Assembly: GCA_016195665.1 (NCBI GenBank)
Contig: JACPZD010000001.1
Span: forward strand, 282,848-346,847
Origin: Gammaproteobacteria bacterium
GTDB taxonomy: Bacteria; Pseudomonadota; Gammaproteobacteria; SURF-13
DNA: 64,000 nt
Reading direction: 5' to 3'
This document shows, piece after piece, positions 9,452-19,654 of the stretch. A program made the translations under genes and the position numbers. A model generated the notes under the pieces. It worked only from the letters and a program-made list of their open reading frames with translations, was not told where the DNA came from and made no database searches. The stretch's first letter is position 1. Each line of letters starts with the position of its first letter.

Positions 9452-9532
9452 ATGGATCGCCGCGCATTTCTAAAGTACTCGATTAGCACCAGTATTATCC
9501 GGGATATGCCCGGCAAGCTGGGTATGGGCTAG
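9452..9532 (+). pseudogene. Truncated gene remnant beginning with a twin-arginine (Tat) motif
   Basis: RBS GGAG then MDRRAFLKYS..., stopping after 26 aa. Confidence 0.5.
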
Positions 9533-9556
9533 GCAGAAGCGGGGACGCTGTTCGCC

Positions 9557-10258
9557 TCACCGGATCAGGATGGTTTCCCCGGCACGGACCCGGTCGCCCG
9601 GCCGCACGCGCAGCGTAAGCCCGGACTGCCACGGGACGATCAGGTCCACTTGCGAGCCGATGCGGATCATGCCAAAGACGGCGCCTCGCTCCACGCGCTC
9701 GCCTTCCCGGTAGTAGCTGTCGATGCCGTTTACGGTGCGCGCCCCGATCTGCACCACATAGTAGGAAAGCGGCGCACCCCGATACTCGCCGACGAAGCGT
9801 GTTACCGTGCGCTCGTTCTGCACGATGTGCCCACTGCCGGCGTAGCGCGGCGCGAGATCGAAAACGGTGCGCCAGTGCATGGCGCCCATGTACGCGTTCT
9901 CTCCGATTGCCGGATGCCGGCGGATGAAACCGACGATGGCGGTGAGCGGCGCGCGGTTGTAATGTACGTCGAAGGGGCTCATGAAGACCCCGATGACGAG
10001 CATGGGCTGGTCCACGTCCTGGCGCAGGATGTCCTGCACCGTGGCGCGTAGGCCTTGCTTGATCACCACGACATCCTCGCCCGGCTCGACCTTGCGCACG
10101 TAGACCACGGTACCGTCTGCCGGGCTCAGAAACCCTTCCTCGGCCGGCGGCGTGCGCGGCGGATCGCGGAAAAACCACACGTAGCGCCAGAACAGGAAAC
10201 CGCCGGTGAGGACTGTGACGGCCACCAGCGCGGCGACGATTACTCGACGTGTTGCCAC
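9557..10258 (-). CDS. Phosphatidylserine decarboxylase family protein (short pyruvoyl type)
   Basis: N-terminal TM, FFRDP, SPADG, FMSPFDVHYNRAP and the GMIRIGSQVD self-cleavage motif. Confidence 0.85.
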   Translation of the reverse strand: MATRRVIVAALVAVTVLTGGFLFWRYVWFFRDPPRTPPAEEGFLSPADGTVVYVRKVEPGEDVVVIKQGLRATVQDILRQDVDQPMLVIGVFMSPFDVHYNRAPLTAIVGFIRRHPAIGENAYMGAMHWRTVFDLAPRYAGSGHIVQNERTVTRFVGEYRGAPLSYYVVQIGARTVNGIDSYYREGERVERGAVFGMIRIGSQVDLIVPWQSGLTLRVRPGDRVRAGETILIR

Positions 10259-10956
10259 GGTCCTTCGCGCAGTACGCGCACCAGTGCCACGCCCGAGGAG
10301 AACGGAAAGTCAACGACCTCGAAGCGCTCCTGCTCGCGGGCAATCACCTTAAGCCAGCGCTTGACCCCGGCGTGACGCACGAGCTCGCGCACGTAGATGT
10401 GGGTGTCGTGCAGCAGGATATAGCTGTTGCGGTGTGCATGATGCAGGGTGGCGAGGAAGTCGTGGCGCACGTCGGCGTAGGCGTGGTTGCCGTCAATGAA
10501 CGCGAGATCAATCTCCGGCAGCCCGCGCTCAGCATAGCCGGCGAAGAACTCCGCGCTCGTGAGCTTGTAGTGCGTGATCAACCGCTCGACGCCGAAGCGC
10601 CGGAAGTGCGCCTGCACCTTTTGGACGTCGTCCCACTGTGAGGTCCCGCCGATGGTGCGGAAGGGGCCGTGCTTGAGCATGGAGTACGACGGGTCCACGA
10701 AGCTGAGACGACCGCAGGCGTTGTCCTTGAGCCCGAGGGCGAGGCAAGCGACGCTGAAACCGTAGCCCGAACCGATAACCAGCACGTGGCGCGGGCGCAG
10801 CGCGCGTACCAGGCCATAGTAAAGAAAGCCGAAGCCGAGGTTGAGATTGTCCGGCTCCTCGTTATGTCCGAGCGGCTTGGCGTGATCGAGAACCGCGCGC
10901 AGTATCGCGGGATTGAGGCTGAACTGGGCTTCATCGGTCCAATCAAGCTTTAGCAT
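10240..10956 (-). CDS. Class I SAM-dependent methyltransferase (Methyltransf_24-like)
   Basis: VLVIGSGYGFS, FIDGNHAY and LHDT motifs. Confidence 0.8.
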   Translation of the reverse strand: MLKLDWTDEAQFSLNPAILRAVLDHAKPLGHNEEPDNLNLGFGFLYYGLVRALRPRHVLVIGSGYGFSVACLALGLKDNACGRLSFVDPSYSMLKHGPFRTIGGTSQWDDVQKVQAHFRRFGVERLITHYKLTSAEFFAGYAERGLPEIDLAFIDGNHAYADVRHDFLATLHHAHRNSYILLHDTHIYVRELVRHAGVKRWLKVIAREQERFEVVDFPFSSGVALVRVLREGPWQHVE

Positions 10957-11183
10957 GTCGTGATTGCTTCTTATGACCAGCGGTCGCGCCGGATTTTTTC
11001 TTCATCTCATTACATTACACATGTACTGTTTCAGTTCGGTTACATACAGATGACAGCGCTGTGACCGCCGCGCTATTTCCAGTACCGGTAATTTTTGTCA
11101 TAAATATTTAATAAATCTTTAATAATTTTTTCCCTCTCGGTACCGATAATGTTTCGGCAATCTAGGATTTTAAGGAACACATC

Positions 11184-11513
11184 ATGAGCAACGAGCGTTT
11201 TTTTATGGAGATCTCCGGGCCTGCCGGCAGGCTGGTCAGGCTGGGCGACACTTTCGTGAACCGCCAGGGCATCGAACTGGTGGTATCGAGCATCTGCCGC
11301 CCGCTCGACTGTGAAGATATTTTGCTGGGACTCGCGCCCGTGAATACCCTGCTCAATGGTGGAAATTGGTATAACGAAATCCTGATGGACTGCGAAGAAC
11401 CCGGCGTCCTTGCCAACAGGATTTACAGCGAACACCCCAGTATCCGTCTTGACCACCTGGACAAGATGAGGGCAGTGGAAGATTTTCCCCTTGACCGACG
11501 GATCGTGGCTTAA
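11184..11513 (+). CDS. Hypothetical protein
   Basis: ORF with AAGGA RBS just upstream of the EAL/GGDEF gene. No recognisable motif. Confidence 0.5.
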   Translation: MSNERFFMEISGPAGRLVRLGDTFVNRQGIELVVSSICRPLDCEDILLGLAPVNTLLNGGNWYNEILMDCEEPGVLANRIYSEHPSIRLDHLDKMRAVEDFPLDRRIVA

Positions 11514-13371
11514 GAAACAAGCCTCCTTTGAGTTGACCACCATGACTGCCTGTACTCAGGGTTTAACCCAACATGCCATGAATGAAGGTCCGGGGGCCTA
11601 TCTCAAGTCGCTGCAAGAGATTTTAGAGCACCGCCGCCTCACACCGCTTTTCCAACCCATTATTTCACTTCATACCCAACGTATCTACGGTTATGAGGCG
11701 TTGATCCGCGGCCCGTCCAACAGCCCCCTGCATGCGCCACTCAAGCTGTTTGACGCCGCCGGCCGTGCGGGCCTGCTGGCGGAACTGGATATGCTTTGCC
11801 GGGAGGTGATCTTAGAAGGCTTCCGGCGCCTTGATCTGCCCGGCAAGCTGTTTGTCAACGTCTCGCCGGAATGCCTGCTACAGCCCGGTTTCAGACCAGG
11901 AAAGACTCTAGAACTACTGCGCGCGCATAATCTTACCCCTGAGCGTGTCGTCATAGAGTTAACCGAACACAACCCGGCCAATAATTACACCGTGTTGCGC
12001 GACGCCGCCGAGCACTACCGCCAGATGGGTTTCGAAATCGCCATTGACGATCTCGGGGCCGGGTATTCGGGTTTGCGGCTGTGGTCGGAATTGCGCCCTG
12101 AATATGTCAAAATTGACATGCATTTCATCCAGGGTATACACGAAGACCACGTCAAGCAGCAATTCGTGAAATCTATCCAGGAAATTTCCGGCAGCCTCAA
12201 CTGCCGTATCATCGCCGAGGGTGTGGAGTGTCGAGAAGAGTTTCTCGCCGTCCGCGAGATGGGCGCCCCTTTGGCGCAGGGCTATTACTTCGCCAAGCCG
12301 CGTCCCCAGCCTCCGGTATTATTGCCGCGTGAATTATTTCTTACCCGCCAGGAAGGCCCGGGCAGCCCTTATCTCAAAAGCTCGTCGCGCTACGGCACGG
12401 CTGCGAGCTTGATACGCGCGAGGATCACCGTCACGCCCGATGCCACTTTTCAACAGGTAGGCGAGATGTTTTGTAACGCCCCGGAACTGACTTCCATCCC
12501 GGTAGTTCAGGATGCGGTCCCCATAGGGCTGGTGAAGCGCCATCAATTCATGAATATGTTCGCCAGCCATTTCGGGCGTGATTTACACGGCAAAAAGCCG
12601 ATCTCGCGCTTTATGGACAATAATCCGGTGGTGGTGGATAAGAATATGCCGTTTGAGAACCTGAGTAAACTGTTGGTGGGTTCGACCCAGGTCTCCGCCG
12701 CCGATGAGTTCCTCATCACCGCGCGCGGACGTTATGTGGGGGTGGGAACCATCGCCCAACTACTGCAGAAGCTCACTGAACTACAACTGCGCAACGCACG
12801 CTATTCCAACCCGCTCACTTTGTTGCCCGGCAGCGTACCGATCAATGAGTGTGTGGATGGCTTATTGCACAAACGCAGACCGTTCACCCTGTGCTATTTT
12901 GACCTCGACAACTTCAAGCCCTTTAACGATGTGTACGGCTACAGCGCGGGTGATGAAGCCATCAAGTTACTTGCCGAAATCATTACCGAAGTCTGTGGCA
13001 AGCGCGGCGATTTTGTCGGCCATATCGGCGGCGATGACTTCGTGGTGGTGTTTCTGAGCGAGAGTTGGCGTGAGCGCTGCCAGACTATCCTTAATATTCT
13101 GGCCGACAAAATTGTCCGGCTTTACCAGGGACCGCATATCGAACTGGGTGGGATCTCAACCAAGGATCGGCGTGGCCAACCCTGTTTTTATCCGATCATG
13201 ACGCTTTCCATAGCCGCTGTGGAGGCGCTACCCGGCCGTTTCCTGACTCACCACGACATCTCCATGCGTCTCAGCCAGGTGAAGCAGCAAGCCAAGAGCG
13301 TCCCCGGCAATGTGCTGTTCGTGGACCGACGCGAGTCCGAAGCGGACGGCCGGCTTAGAGCATATCCATAA
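11491..13371 (+). CDS. EAL-CBS-GGDEF c-di-GMP signalling protein (start uncertain)
   Basis: FQPI, EAL, DDLGAGYS, KID, AEGVE, QGY, a CBS-like middle, DLDNFKPFNDVYG and GGDDF. Confidence 0.9.
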   Translation: MTDGSWLKKQASFELTTMTACTQGLTQHAMNEGPGAYLKSLQEILEHRRLTPLFQPIISLHTQRIYGYEALIRGPSNSPLHAPLKLFDAAGRAGLLAELDMLCREVILEGFRRLDLPGKLFVNVSPECLLQPGFRPGKTLELLRAHNLTPERVVIELTEHNPANNYTVLRDAAEHYRQMGFEIAIDDLGAGYSGLRLWSELRPEYVKIDMHFIQGIHEDHVKQQFVKSIQEISGSLNCRIIAEGVECREEFLAVREMGAPLAQGYYFAKPRPQPPVLLPRELFLTRQEGPGSPYLKSSSRYGTAASLIRARITVTPDATFQQVGEMFCNAPELTSIPVVQDAVPIGLVKRHQFMNMFASHFGRDLHGKKPISRFMDNNPVVVDKNMPFENLSKLLVGSTQVSAADEFLITARGRYVGVGTIAQLLQKLTELQLRNARYSNPLTLLPGSVPINECVDGLLHKRRPFTLCYFDLDNFKPFNDVYGYSAGDEAIKLLAEIITEVCGKRGDFVGHIGGDDFVVVFLSESWRERCQTILNILADKIVRLYQGPHIELGGISTKDRRGQPCFYPIMTLSIAAVEALPGRFLTHHDISMRLSQVKQQAKSVPGNVLFVDRRESEADGRLRAYP

Positions 13372-13376
13372 ATAGT

Positions 13377-13469
13377 TCCCCTGCGCCCCTTGCGGTGAAA
13401 AAGCTTCACCGCGGAGGACGCGGAGGAGAAACAAATCCTTCTTGATTCCTCTGCGCCCTCTGCGGTAAA
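13377..13469. repeat. Intergenic palindromic repeat (CACCGC.GAGGAC.CGGAG family)
   Basis: Inverted pair CCGCGGAGGACGCGGAGG / CCTCTGCGCCCTCTGCGG between convergent genes. A similar copy lies at 41415-41488. Confidence 0.7.
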
Positions 13470-13509
13470 TTATTTATGGATAAGTTCTTAATCTGCTCAA
13501 GTAACCCCG

Positions 13510-14256
13510 TCAGGGCGAAATTGAGGTTTCGGCCTCGATCTGGACCCTGATGTCGGGGAGTTTCATGCCGCGGGTCGAAAAGCGATAACCCGAGCCGCGC
13601 ACGGTCTGAACACACTGCTCATAACCGTACTCTTGCAAGACCTTGCGCAAGCGGCGGATGTGCACATCTACGGTGCGCTCTTCCACGTAGACGTTACTTC
13701 CCCATACCTGATCGAGCACTTGCGCACGGCTGTAGACGCGCTCGGTGTGCGTCATGAAGAAGTGCAGCAGGCGAAACTCGGTGGGGCCCATTGGCACCAT
13801 TTGATCCCCCACGCTGATCAGGCGGTTAGCCGGATCGAGTTGCAGACCGAACAGGTTTATCACCTCGTCGGTCGCCTGCGGCGTGGTGCGGCGCAACACC
13901 GCCTTGATGCGCGCCAGGAGTTCTTTGGGTGAAAACGGTTTGGTGATGTAGTCATCCGCGCCGCTGTCCAGGCCCCTGATCTTGTCGCCTTCCTCGCCGC
14001 GCGCGGTGAGCATGATGACGGGGAGTTGGCTGGTCGCGGGGTCGCGCTTAAGGTTGCGCGCAAACTCCAAACCGCTTACACCGGGCAGCATCCAGTCCAG
14101 CAACAGCAGCAGCGGGATCTCTTTGTTAATGCTCGCGCGCGCAGCCTCGGCGCTGTGCACCGCTTCGCATTGATAACCCGCGCGCGTCAGGGCAAAGCAC
14201 AGCATCTCGCAGATGGCGGGCTCGTCGTCTATTACTAATACCTTATTCATCTTCAT
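13510..14256 (-). CDS. phoB: Phosphate regulon response regulator PhoB
   Basis: [60 protein letters not shown]. Confidence 0.92.
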   Translation of the reverse strand: MKMNKVLVIDDEPAICEMLCFALTRAGYQCEAVHSAEAARASINKEIPLLLLLDWMLPGVSGLEFARNLKRDPATSQLPVIMLTARGEEGDKIRGLDSGADDYITKPFSPKELLARIKAVLRRTTPQATDEVINLFGLQLDPANRLISVGDQMVPMGPTEFRLLHFFMTHTERVYSRAQVLDQVWGSNVYVEERTVDVHIRRLRKVLQEYGYEQCVQTVRGSGYRFSTRGMKLPDIRVQIEAETSISP

Positions 14257-14273
14257 AATTGAAACCTAAAAAT

Positions 14274-14291
14274 GTGACATCTATGTTACAA
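14274..14291 (-). promoter_or_regulatory. Pho box upstream of phoB (likely autoregulation)
   Basis: Minus-strand TTGTAAC-ATAG-ATGTCAC, 11-bp period. Confidence 0.7.
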
Positions 14292-14620
14292 AGGATAGTA
14301 TATATCCAATATAGCCCTTGACATTTATAGGTAATGATTTTCATTTGCTAAAATTTGGCTTAACCTTGCCGCCAGCGCCGGGGCTTCTAGCACTTACCAC
14401 ACCATAGATTTATTATCATAAATATCAAGGAGATATTTGTATCATGTCTGCCCGGTGTTTGGCCTTTATGCCGTCACCCATAACGACAGCCAGGCCGCCT
14501 ACCACATCCGGCACGAACGGGGTAACGGCGCAAAGCGCGGCCGGACAGGATGTCTCCTCTTTTTCCGTAGGCATCAATCACAACTTCTGATTTGTGGCCA
14601 AGGGGGCCAATACGGCCTCC

Positions 14621-15121
14621 TCAGTCCAGCGCAATAAGGTCCTGGGGGCGGTAAAAATAAATCAGGGTGGCTGTTCCCGGCTGGGGAGGCCCGTCAAATT
14701 TGACAGCCATCACCCCGCTCTTCACGAATTTGATACCGAGGCCGTGGCCGGGGCTCAGTAATGCCCCGCACAGTTCGCTCAAATCCGGCTCATGCCCCAC
14801 GCACAGCACCGTTTCCTCCGCTCCGCAGCCGGCCAATAGCTTGAGCACCGCCTTTACGGAATACTCCTTGCCGAGCGCCGGGCTCTCCATCAAGACCGTC
14901 TGTAACCCCAGTGTCTCCGCGGTGATCTCAGCGGTTTGACGCGCCCGCAGACGCGGACTGGTAAAGATGCGGGCGGGCTTTAGGCCAATGCGCTTCAACG
15001 CCTTGGCAACCTTGCCCTGAATCTTGACGCCGTCCTTGCTGAGCGGACGCAGACTGTCATCGGGATAATGCAGCGGGTCAAACTCTCCGGCGTCCGCGTG
15101 TCGCATCAAGATGAGTTTCAC
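14621..15121 (-). CDS. sixA: Phosphohistidine phosphatase SixA
   Basis: LMRHA, RPLS..G, SPRLRARQTA and VGHEP motifs. Confidence 0.85.
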   Translation of the reverse strand: MKLILMRHADAGEFDPLHYPDDSLRPLSKDGVKIQGKVAKALKRIGLKPARIFTSPRLRARQTAEITAETLGLQTVLMESPALGKEYSVKAVLKLLAGCGAEETVLCVGHEPDLSELCGALLSPGHGLGIKFVKSGVMAVKFDGPPQPGTATLIYFYRPQDLIALD

Positions 15122-15936
15122 CGGCCCTCCTCTTTCTTGAAACTATACTGACCGAACCGGCCGCGTAGCGGCAACAAGAGCAACCCCCAAAAACCCAACT
15201 GTTGCGGGTCACGAAATTCTTTGAGGCCGATCTCAAATCCCAGTTGACCCAGCGCCGGCTGCGCGCGATAGGTGCCGCACAGGCGATCCCACAGCGAGAC
15301 GGAAAATCCAAAATTGGAATTGGTTTCGTTAACGACGCTGGAATGATGCACCCGATGCATGTCGGGCGTGACGATAATCAACCTGAGCCAGCGGTCTATT
15401 TTCTCCGGCAGATGCACGTTGCCGTGATTGAACACCGAGGCGCCGTTCAGCACTACCTCGAAGATCAGCACCGCCCAAGGCGGCGCACCCAGCGCGGCGA
15501 CGGCGGCCATCTTGTACAGCATGGACAAAAAAATCTCCACGGGGTGAAAGCGCACGCCGGTGGTGAGATCGAAGTCCAAATCGCTGTGATGCACGCGATG
15601 CAGCCGCCAGAAGATGGGGAGCGCATGTGATAGCACATGTTGTAAATAGAGCGCGAAGTCGAGCAACAGCCAGGCGAGCAGGAATTCCAGCCAGTAGGGC
15701 CAAGACGTTAGATTAAACAAACCCCAGCCATGCTGCCCGGCGTAGAGTGCCGTGGCAAATGCCCCCACGCCCAACAGCAGGCGCAGCGCCAGCACATTCA
15801 CAGCGAGCAGCGAGAGGTTGGTAAGCCAGTGCCGGCTCTTGGGCTGCGTAGATGAGCGGCGCGGGCGCCTGGCCTCCCACAGCGCCATGACGATGAATAC
15901 GGCGATAAAACTGCCAAAGCGGATTGCGGTTTCCAT
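15118..15936 (-). CDS. Sterol desaturase / fatty acid hydroxylase family membrane protein
   Basis: His boxes HVLSH, HRVHH, FNH and HRVHH, plus RFHP. Confidence 0.88.
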   Translation of the reverse strand: METAIRFGSFIAVFIVMALWEARRPRRSSTQPKSRHWLTNLSLLAVNVLALRLLLGVGAFATALYAGQHGWGLFNLTSWPYWLEFLLAWLLLDFALYLQHVLSHALPIFWRLHRVHHSDLDFDLTTGVRFHPVEIFLSMLYKMAAVAALGAPPWAVLIFEVVLNGASVFNHGNVHLPEKIDRWLRLIIVTPDMHRVHHSSVVNETNSNFGFSVSLWDRLCGTYRAQPALGQLGFEIGLKEFRDPQQLGFWGLLLLPLRGRFGQYSFKKEEGR

Positions 15937-15940
15937 ATTA

Positions 15941-16033
15941 GAATCAGATACAAGAGAAAAGATACAGTAAAATCAAAATCACACGCTAAGGAGAGGGGTT
16001 CTACTTGTATCTTGTATCTTGCATCTTTTCTCT
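15941..16033. repeat. Inverted short heptamer-repeat arrays (GATACAA / TTGTATC)
   Basis: AGATACAAGAGAAAAGATACAG faces CTTGTATCTTGTATCTTGCATCTTTTCTCT. Confidence 0.5.
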
Positions 16034-16044
16034 GCCTTAAAATT

Positions 16045-16118
16045 TGGAGCGGGTGATGGGAATCGAACCCACGCTATCAGCTTGGGAAGCTGAAGTTCTA
16101 CCATTGAACTACACCCGC
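16045..16118 (-). tRNA. tRNA-Gly (anticodon CCC)
   Basis: Reverse complement GCGGGTGTAGTTCAATGGTAGAAC...CTTCCCAAG...GGTTCGATTCCC...CCCGCTCCA, 74 nt with encoded CCA. Confidence 0.95.
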
Positions 16119-16155
16119 GTGATGTGAATTTTATCATAGCCCGAGCAGCGGGGGC

Positions 16156-17964
16156 TCAGGCTTTGTCAAACAACCCCCGGATAAGCTCGGCGTGGCGCTC
16201 GATGACTTGGCTGCGCTTGAGTTTCAGGGTGAGAGACAACAAGCCGTTTTCAACCGTCCACGGATCCAGCAACAAGGCGGCACGCCTTACCTTGGCATAG
16301 GCCGGAAAACTGCGCAATTGTTCCGCCACGCGCGCCAGCACGGCGCTCTGGGTGCGGCTGTCCGTGAGGCTGGCGCGATCCAGCGGGTCGAGCTTGAGAT
16401 GTTTGGCGAATCCGTCCCATTGCTCCGGGTTCAGCACCAACAACGCGCCGAGCCAGGCCTGGCCTTCGCCGACGATGAGCGCCTGCTCGAACAGGGGGTC
16501 GAGGGTAATGGTTGCCTCCATGTCGGTGGGCGGTACCTTTTCGCCATTGGACAGCACCAGGATATCCTTGATCCGCCCGGTAAGATAAATATGGTTGTTC
16601 TCGATGCGTGCCTGATCGCCGGTGTGCAGCCAGCCGTCGGCGTCTATCATCTGATAGGTCGCCGTGTGATTGTTCCAGTAGCCCTGCATTACACCGGGGC
16701 CGCGCGCCAGCAGCTCACTCTGCTCGCCGATGCGCACCTCCATGCCCGGGATGGGCACGCCGACGCTGGCGGGATCGTTGTCGTCCAACCGGTTGCCGCT
16801 GATGAGCGGGCTCGTTTCAGTGAGTCCGTAGCCCTGCGCGATGGGTAATCCCAAACCGATAAACATGCGCGCAACCGGGGCCGGCAGCCCAGCGCCGCCG
16901 CTCGCGGCCCAGCGCATGCGCCCGCCCAGCCGGGCCAGAAACTTGCGCGCCACCAGCCTCTCCAGCAGCGGCCAAAGCAGCAGGCCGGGGGTGCGCGATG
17001 CGCGTCCTTGCGCCACCTCGAAGCGCCGCCAGCCGATGTCTATCGTCAGGCAAAACAAGCGGCGGCCCAGCCAGGAACGTTTTTGCAACTGACTCTGAAC
17101 CCGGGTATAGATCCGCTCGAACACCCGCGGCACACAAATCATTACCGTGGGACGCACCGCCAGCAGATCCTCGGCTAATTGCGGGATAGAGCGGCAATAC
17201 GCCACCGTGGCGCCCGCCATCATCGGCGAGTAATAACCCAGCGTGCGCTCGAAGGTGTGCGATACGGGCAACATGGACAAAAACACATCTTGCGGATAGA
17301 CCTCCAGCACCCACAATCCCCCTGCGGCGCTGGTCAGTACATTATGGTGACTCAACATCACACCCTTGGGCCGCCCCGTCGTGCCGGAGGTATACACGAT
17401 GTAGGCAAGCTGTTGCGGACCGTGGTCGTGCGACTCCACCGCGGCCTCGGCTGCTTGCGTAAGCCAGTCCGACAGGTTCTGTATCCTCGCGTCATTGTCG
17501 AACTGCTGCCCACTGCCGCCGATGAGAATACGGCTGAGGCCGGCCAACGGCTGTACAGTCGCCTGCAGACGCCGCCATTGCGTGGCATCCTGCACCAATA
17601 GCAACCTGGCTGCGCTATCGTCCAACATATAGGCGGTATTGTCGGGCCGGTCATCGGTATAGAGCGACACCACGACCAGGCCCAACGATAGCGCAGCCTG
17701 CTCGAAGATCACCCACTCCCTGCTGTTGCGCATCAAGATCGCCACCCGGTCGCCCGGCTGGAGATCCTCGGACGCCAGCGCCGTACGCCAGCGCGCTACC
17801 TCACCGGCTGTCTCCGCCCAGGTACTGTCTACCCAAGCGCCGGTGGCCTTGTCATAGCTGCGGTAGGCAGGTGCCTGAGGGCTGCGGCGCACCCGCTCAA
17901 GGAACAGGCCATCGAGGGTGCTCGCCTGTTCCAGGGGAATGATGTCCTTTATCCATTGCGTCAT
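16156..17964 (-). CDS. Long-chain fatty acid-CoA ligase (AMP-dependent)
   Basis: YTSGTTGRPKG, GYGLTE, WLHTGD and GRIKD..VLSNGEKV motifs. Confidence 0.9.
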   Translation of the reverse strand: MTQWIKDIIPLEQASTLDGLFLERVRRSPQAPAYRSYDKATGAWVDSTWAETAGEVARWRTALASEDLQPGDRVAILMRNSREWVIFEQAALSLGLVVVSLYTDDRPDNTAYMLDDSAARLLLVQDATQWRRLQATVQPLAGLSRILIGGSGQQFDNDARIQNLSDWLTQAAEAAVESHDHGPQQLAYIVYTSGTTGRPKGVMLSHHNVLTSAAGGLWVLEVYPQDVFLSMLPVSHTFERTLGYYSPMMAGATVAYCRSIPQLAEDLLAVRPTVMICVPRVFERIYTRVQSQLQKRSWLGRRLFCLTIDIGWRRFEVAQGRASRTPGLLLWPLLERLVARKFLARLGGRMRWAASGGAGLPAPVARMFIGLGLPIAQGYGLTETSPLISGNRLDDNDPASVGVPIPGMEVRIGEQSELLARGPGVMQGYWNNHTATYQMIDADGWLHTGDQARIENNHIYLTGRIKDILVLSNGEKVPPTDMEATITLDPLFEQALIVGEGQAWLGALLVLNPEQWDGFAKHLKLDPLDRASLTDSRTQSAVLARVAEQLRSFPAYAKVRRAALLLDPWTVENGLLSLTLKLKRSQVIERHAELIRGLFDKA

Positions 17965-18029
17965 GAGGCGGATACCTTCAAAATAACGTGTGTCATGGAA
18001 TGTGGCCGAACCGCGCGAGGAGCAGAAAG

Positions 18030-18239
18030 GTGGGTTTTATCGAAATCTTTGTCAATGGTCAAGCGCGCCAAGTGCCCGAGGGCTGTAACGTCTCGCGCCT
18101 GCTCGACGAATTGGACCTCACCGGCCAGCGCATCGCCGCCGAGGTCAACCGCGAGATCGTGCCACGCAGCCATTACCCCTTGCACACCCTGCACTCCGGC
18201 GATCGGTTGGAGATCGTGCGTGCTATTGGGGGCGGGTAA
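18030..18239 (+). CDS. thiS: Sulfur carrier protein ThiS
   Basis: VNG, EVNREIVPRS and C-terminal GGG. In-frame GTG start chosen for its RBS. Precedes thiG. Confidence 0.9.
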   Translation: MGFIEIFVNGQARQVPEGCNVSRLLDELDLTGQRIAAEVNREIVPRSHYPLHTLHSGDRLEIVRAIGGG

Positions 18240-18242
18240 ACC

Positions 18243-19052
18243 ATGAGCGCTGTTTTGGTTACTGAAATCACCGGCAGTGACCCGCTGGTTATCGCGGGCA
18301 AGCACTATCACTCGCGGTTACTGGTCGGCACCGGCAAATACCGCGACCTGGACGAAACGCGCCACGCCATCAAGGCCAGTGGCGCGGAAATCGTCACCAT
18401 CGCGATCCGCCGCACCAACATCGGTCAAAATCCCAACGAGCCCAACCTGCTCGACGTGCTGCCGCCTGACAAATATACCATACTCCCCAACACTGCCGGC
18501 TGTTACACCGCCGAGGACGCGATCCGCACCTGCCGTCTCGCGCGTGAACTGCTCGACGGCCATGACCTGGTCAAACTCGAAGTGCTCGGCGATCCGAAGA
18601 CGCTGTTTCCCGACATCACGGAGACCCTCAAGGCCACCGAGACCCTGGTTAAGGACGGCTTCAAAGTCATGGTCTACACGACCGACGATGTGCTCATCGC
18701 CAAGCGTTTAGAGGAGATGGGCTGCGTTGCAGTCATGCCGCTCGCCGCGCCAATCGGTTCAGGACTCGGCATACGCAATCCCTACAACATCCGCATGATC
18801 GTCGAAAACGCCAAGGTACCGATTCTGGTGGACGCAGGCGTCGGCACCGCCTCGGACGCGGCGATTGCCATGGAACTCGGCTGCGACGGCGTGCTCATGA
18901 ACACCGCTATCGCCGCGGCGAAGAACCCGGTGCTGATGGCCTCTGCGATGAAGAAGGCCATCGAGGCCGGCCGCGAGGCCTATCGCGCCGGTCGCATGCC
19001 GCGCAAGCTGTACGCCAGCGCCTCGTCGCCGATTGATGGTACGTTTTTCTAG
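18243..19052 (+). CDS. thiG: Thiazole synthase
   Basis: GTGKY, LPNTAGC, KLEV, PIGSG, DAGVG and NTAIA motifs. Confidence 0.97.
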   Translation: MSAVLVTEITGSDPLVIAGKHYHSRLLVGTGKYRDLDETRHAIKASGAEIVTIAIRRTNIGQNPNEPNLLDVLPPDKYTILPNTAGCYTAEDAIRTCRLARELLDGHDLVKLEVLGDPKTLFPDITETLKATETLVKDGFKVMVYTTDDVLIAKRLEEMGCVAVMPLAAPIGSGLGIRNPYNIRMIVENAKVPILVDAGVGTASDAAIAMELGCDGVLMNTAIAAAKNPVLMASAMKKAIEAGREAYRAGRMPRKLYASASSPIDGTFF

Positions 19053-19066
19053 TTCAAGCACGCGCG

Positions 19067-19408
19067 TTAAAGCGCGAGAACCAGCCGTAAACCTTCCTCC
19101 AACTCTTGCAAGAGCTTAGCCGGTAACTTACCGGTCTTCTCGGTTAAATAGGACTTATCAACGGTGATGAGTTGGGAGACATTGATGACCGAATCCTTCT
19201 TCAGCCCGGCAATTTTGGCGGAAACCAGCACATTAGCGGGCGCATCAGCCAGCCTGAGATTGGAAGTAATCACCGCCGCAATAATAGTGCTGATGCGGCT
19301 TCGGTTAAAGCTGTCCGACTGGAGGACAACCAACGGGCGGCGAAACCCCGGAGCAGAACCGCTGGGCTCGGGAAGTGACGCCCACCATATCTCTCCCCGT
19401 TTGATCAA
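19067..19408 (-). CDS. Type II toxin, PemK/MazF family
   Basis: RGEIWW, GFRRP.VVLQSD.FN, ITSN and SVINVSQ motifs. Confidence 0.9.
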   Translation of the reverse strand: MIKRGEIWWASLPEPSGSAPGFRRPLVVLQSDSFNRSRISTIIAAVITSNLRLADAPANVLVSAKIAGLKKDSVINVSQLITVDKSYLTEKTGKLPAKLLQELEEGLRLVLAL

Positions 19409-19647
19409 CGCTTTTTCTTGGTCAAGGTCTTGAATTGCAGCCGCTCCACAACCTTGTCCAGCCCGGCTGATTGTATATCCGCGTCATAGATCTGATTAAG
19501 CCGCTCCGTCACACCATCAGTGGAATATCGTTTAATAAGAGCCAGCACCGCAGTGGAATACAGCTCACTGCGCGACACCCCCAGGCGGCGGGCCAGTCGC
19601 TCGGCGGATTGAAAAACAGGTTCTGGAATTGAAATAGCGGTTTTCAT
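19405..19647 (-). CDS. Ribbon-helix-helix antitoxin (ChpI-like)
   Basis: MKTAISIP...LGVSRSELY; overlaps the toxin start. Confidence 0.85.
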   Translation of the reverse strand: MKTAISIPEPVFQSAERLARRLGVSRSELYSTAVLALIKRYSTDGVTERLNQIYDADIQSAGLDKVVERLQFKTLTKKKR

Positions 19648-19654
19648 AAACCTA

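Noticed and set aside
1..16118. Genomic island integrated at tRNA-Gly
   Set aside because: No integrase and no duplicate of the tRNA 3' end were seen within the window.
17965..18029. TPP riboswitch upstream of thiS
   Set aside because: The intergenic region is too short and has no CTGAGA core motif.
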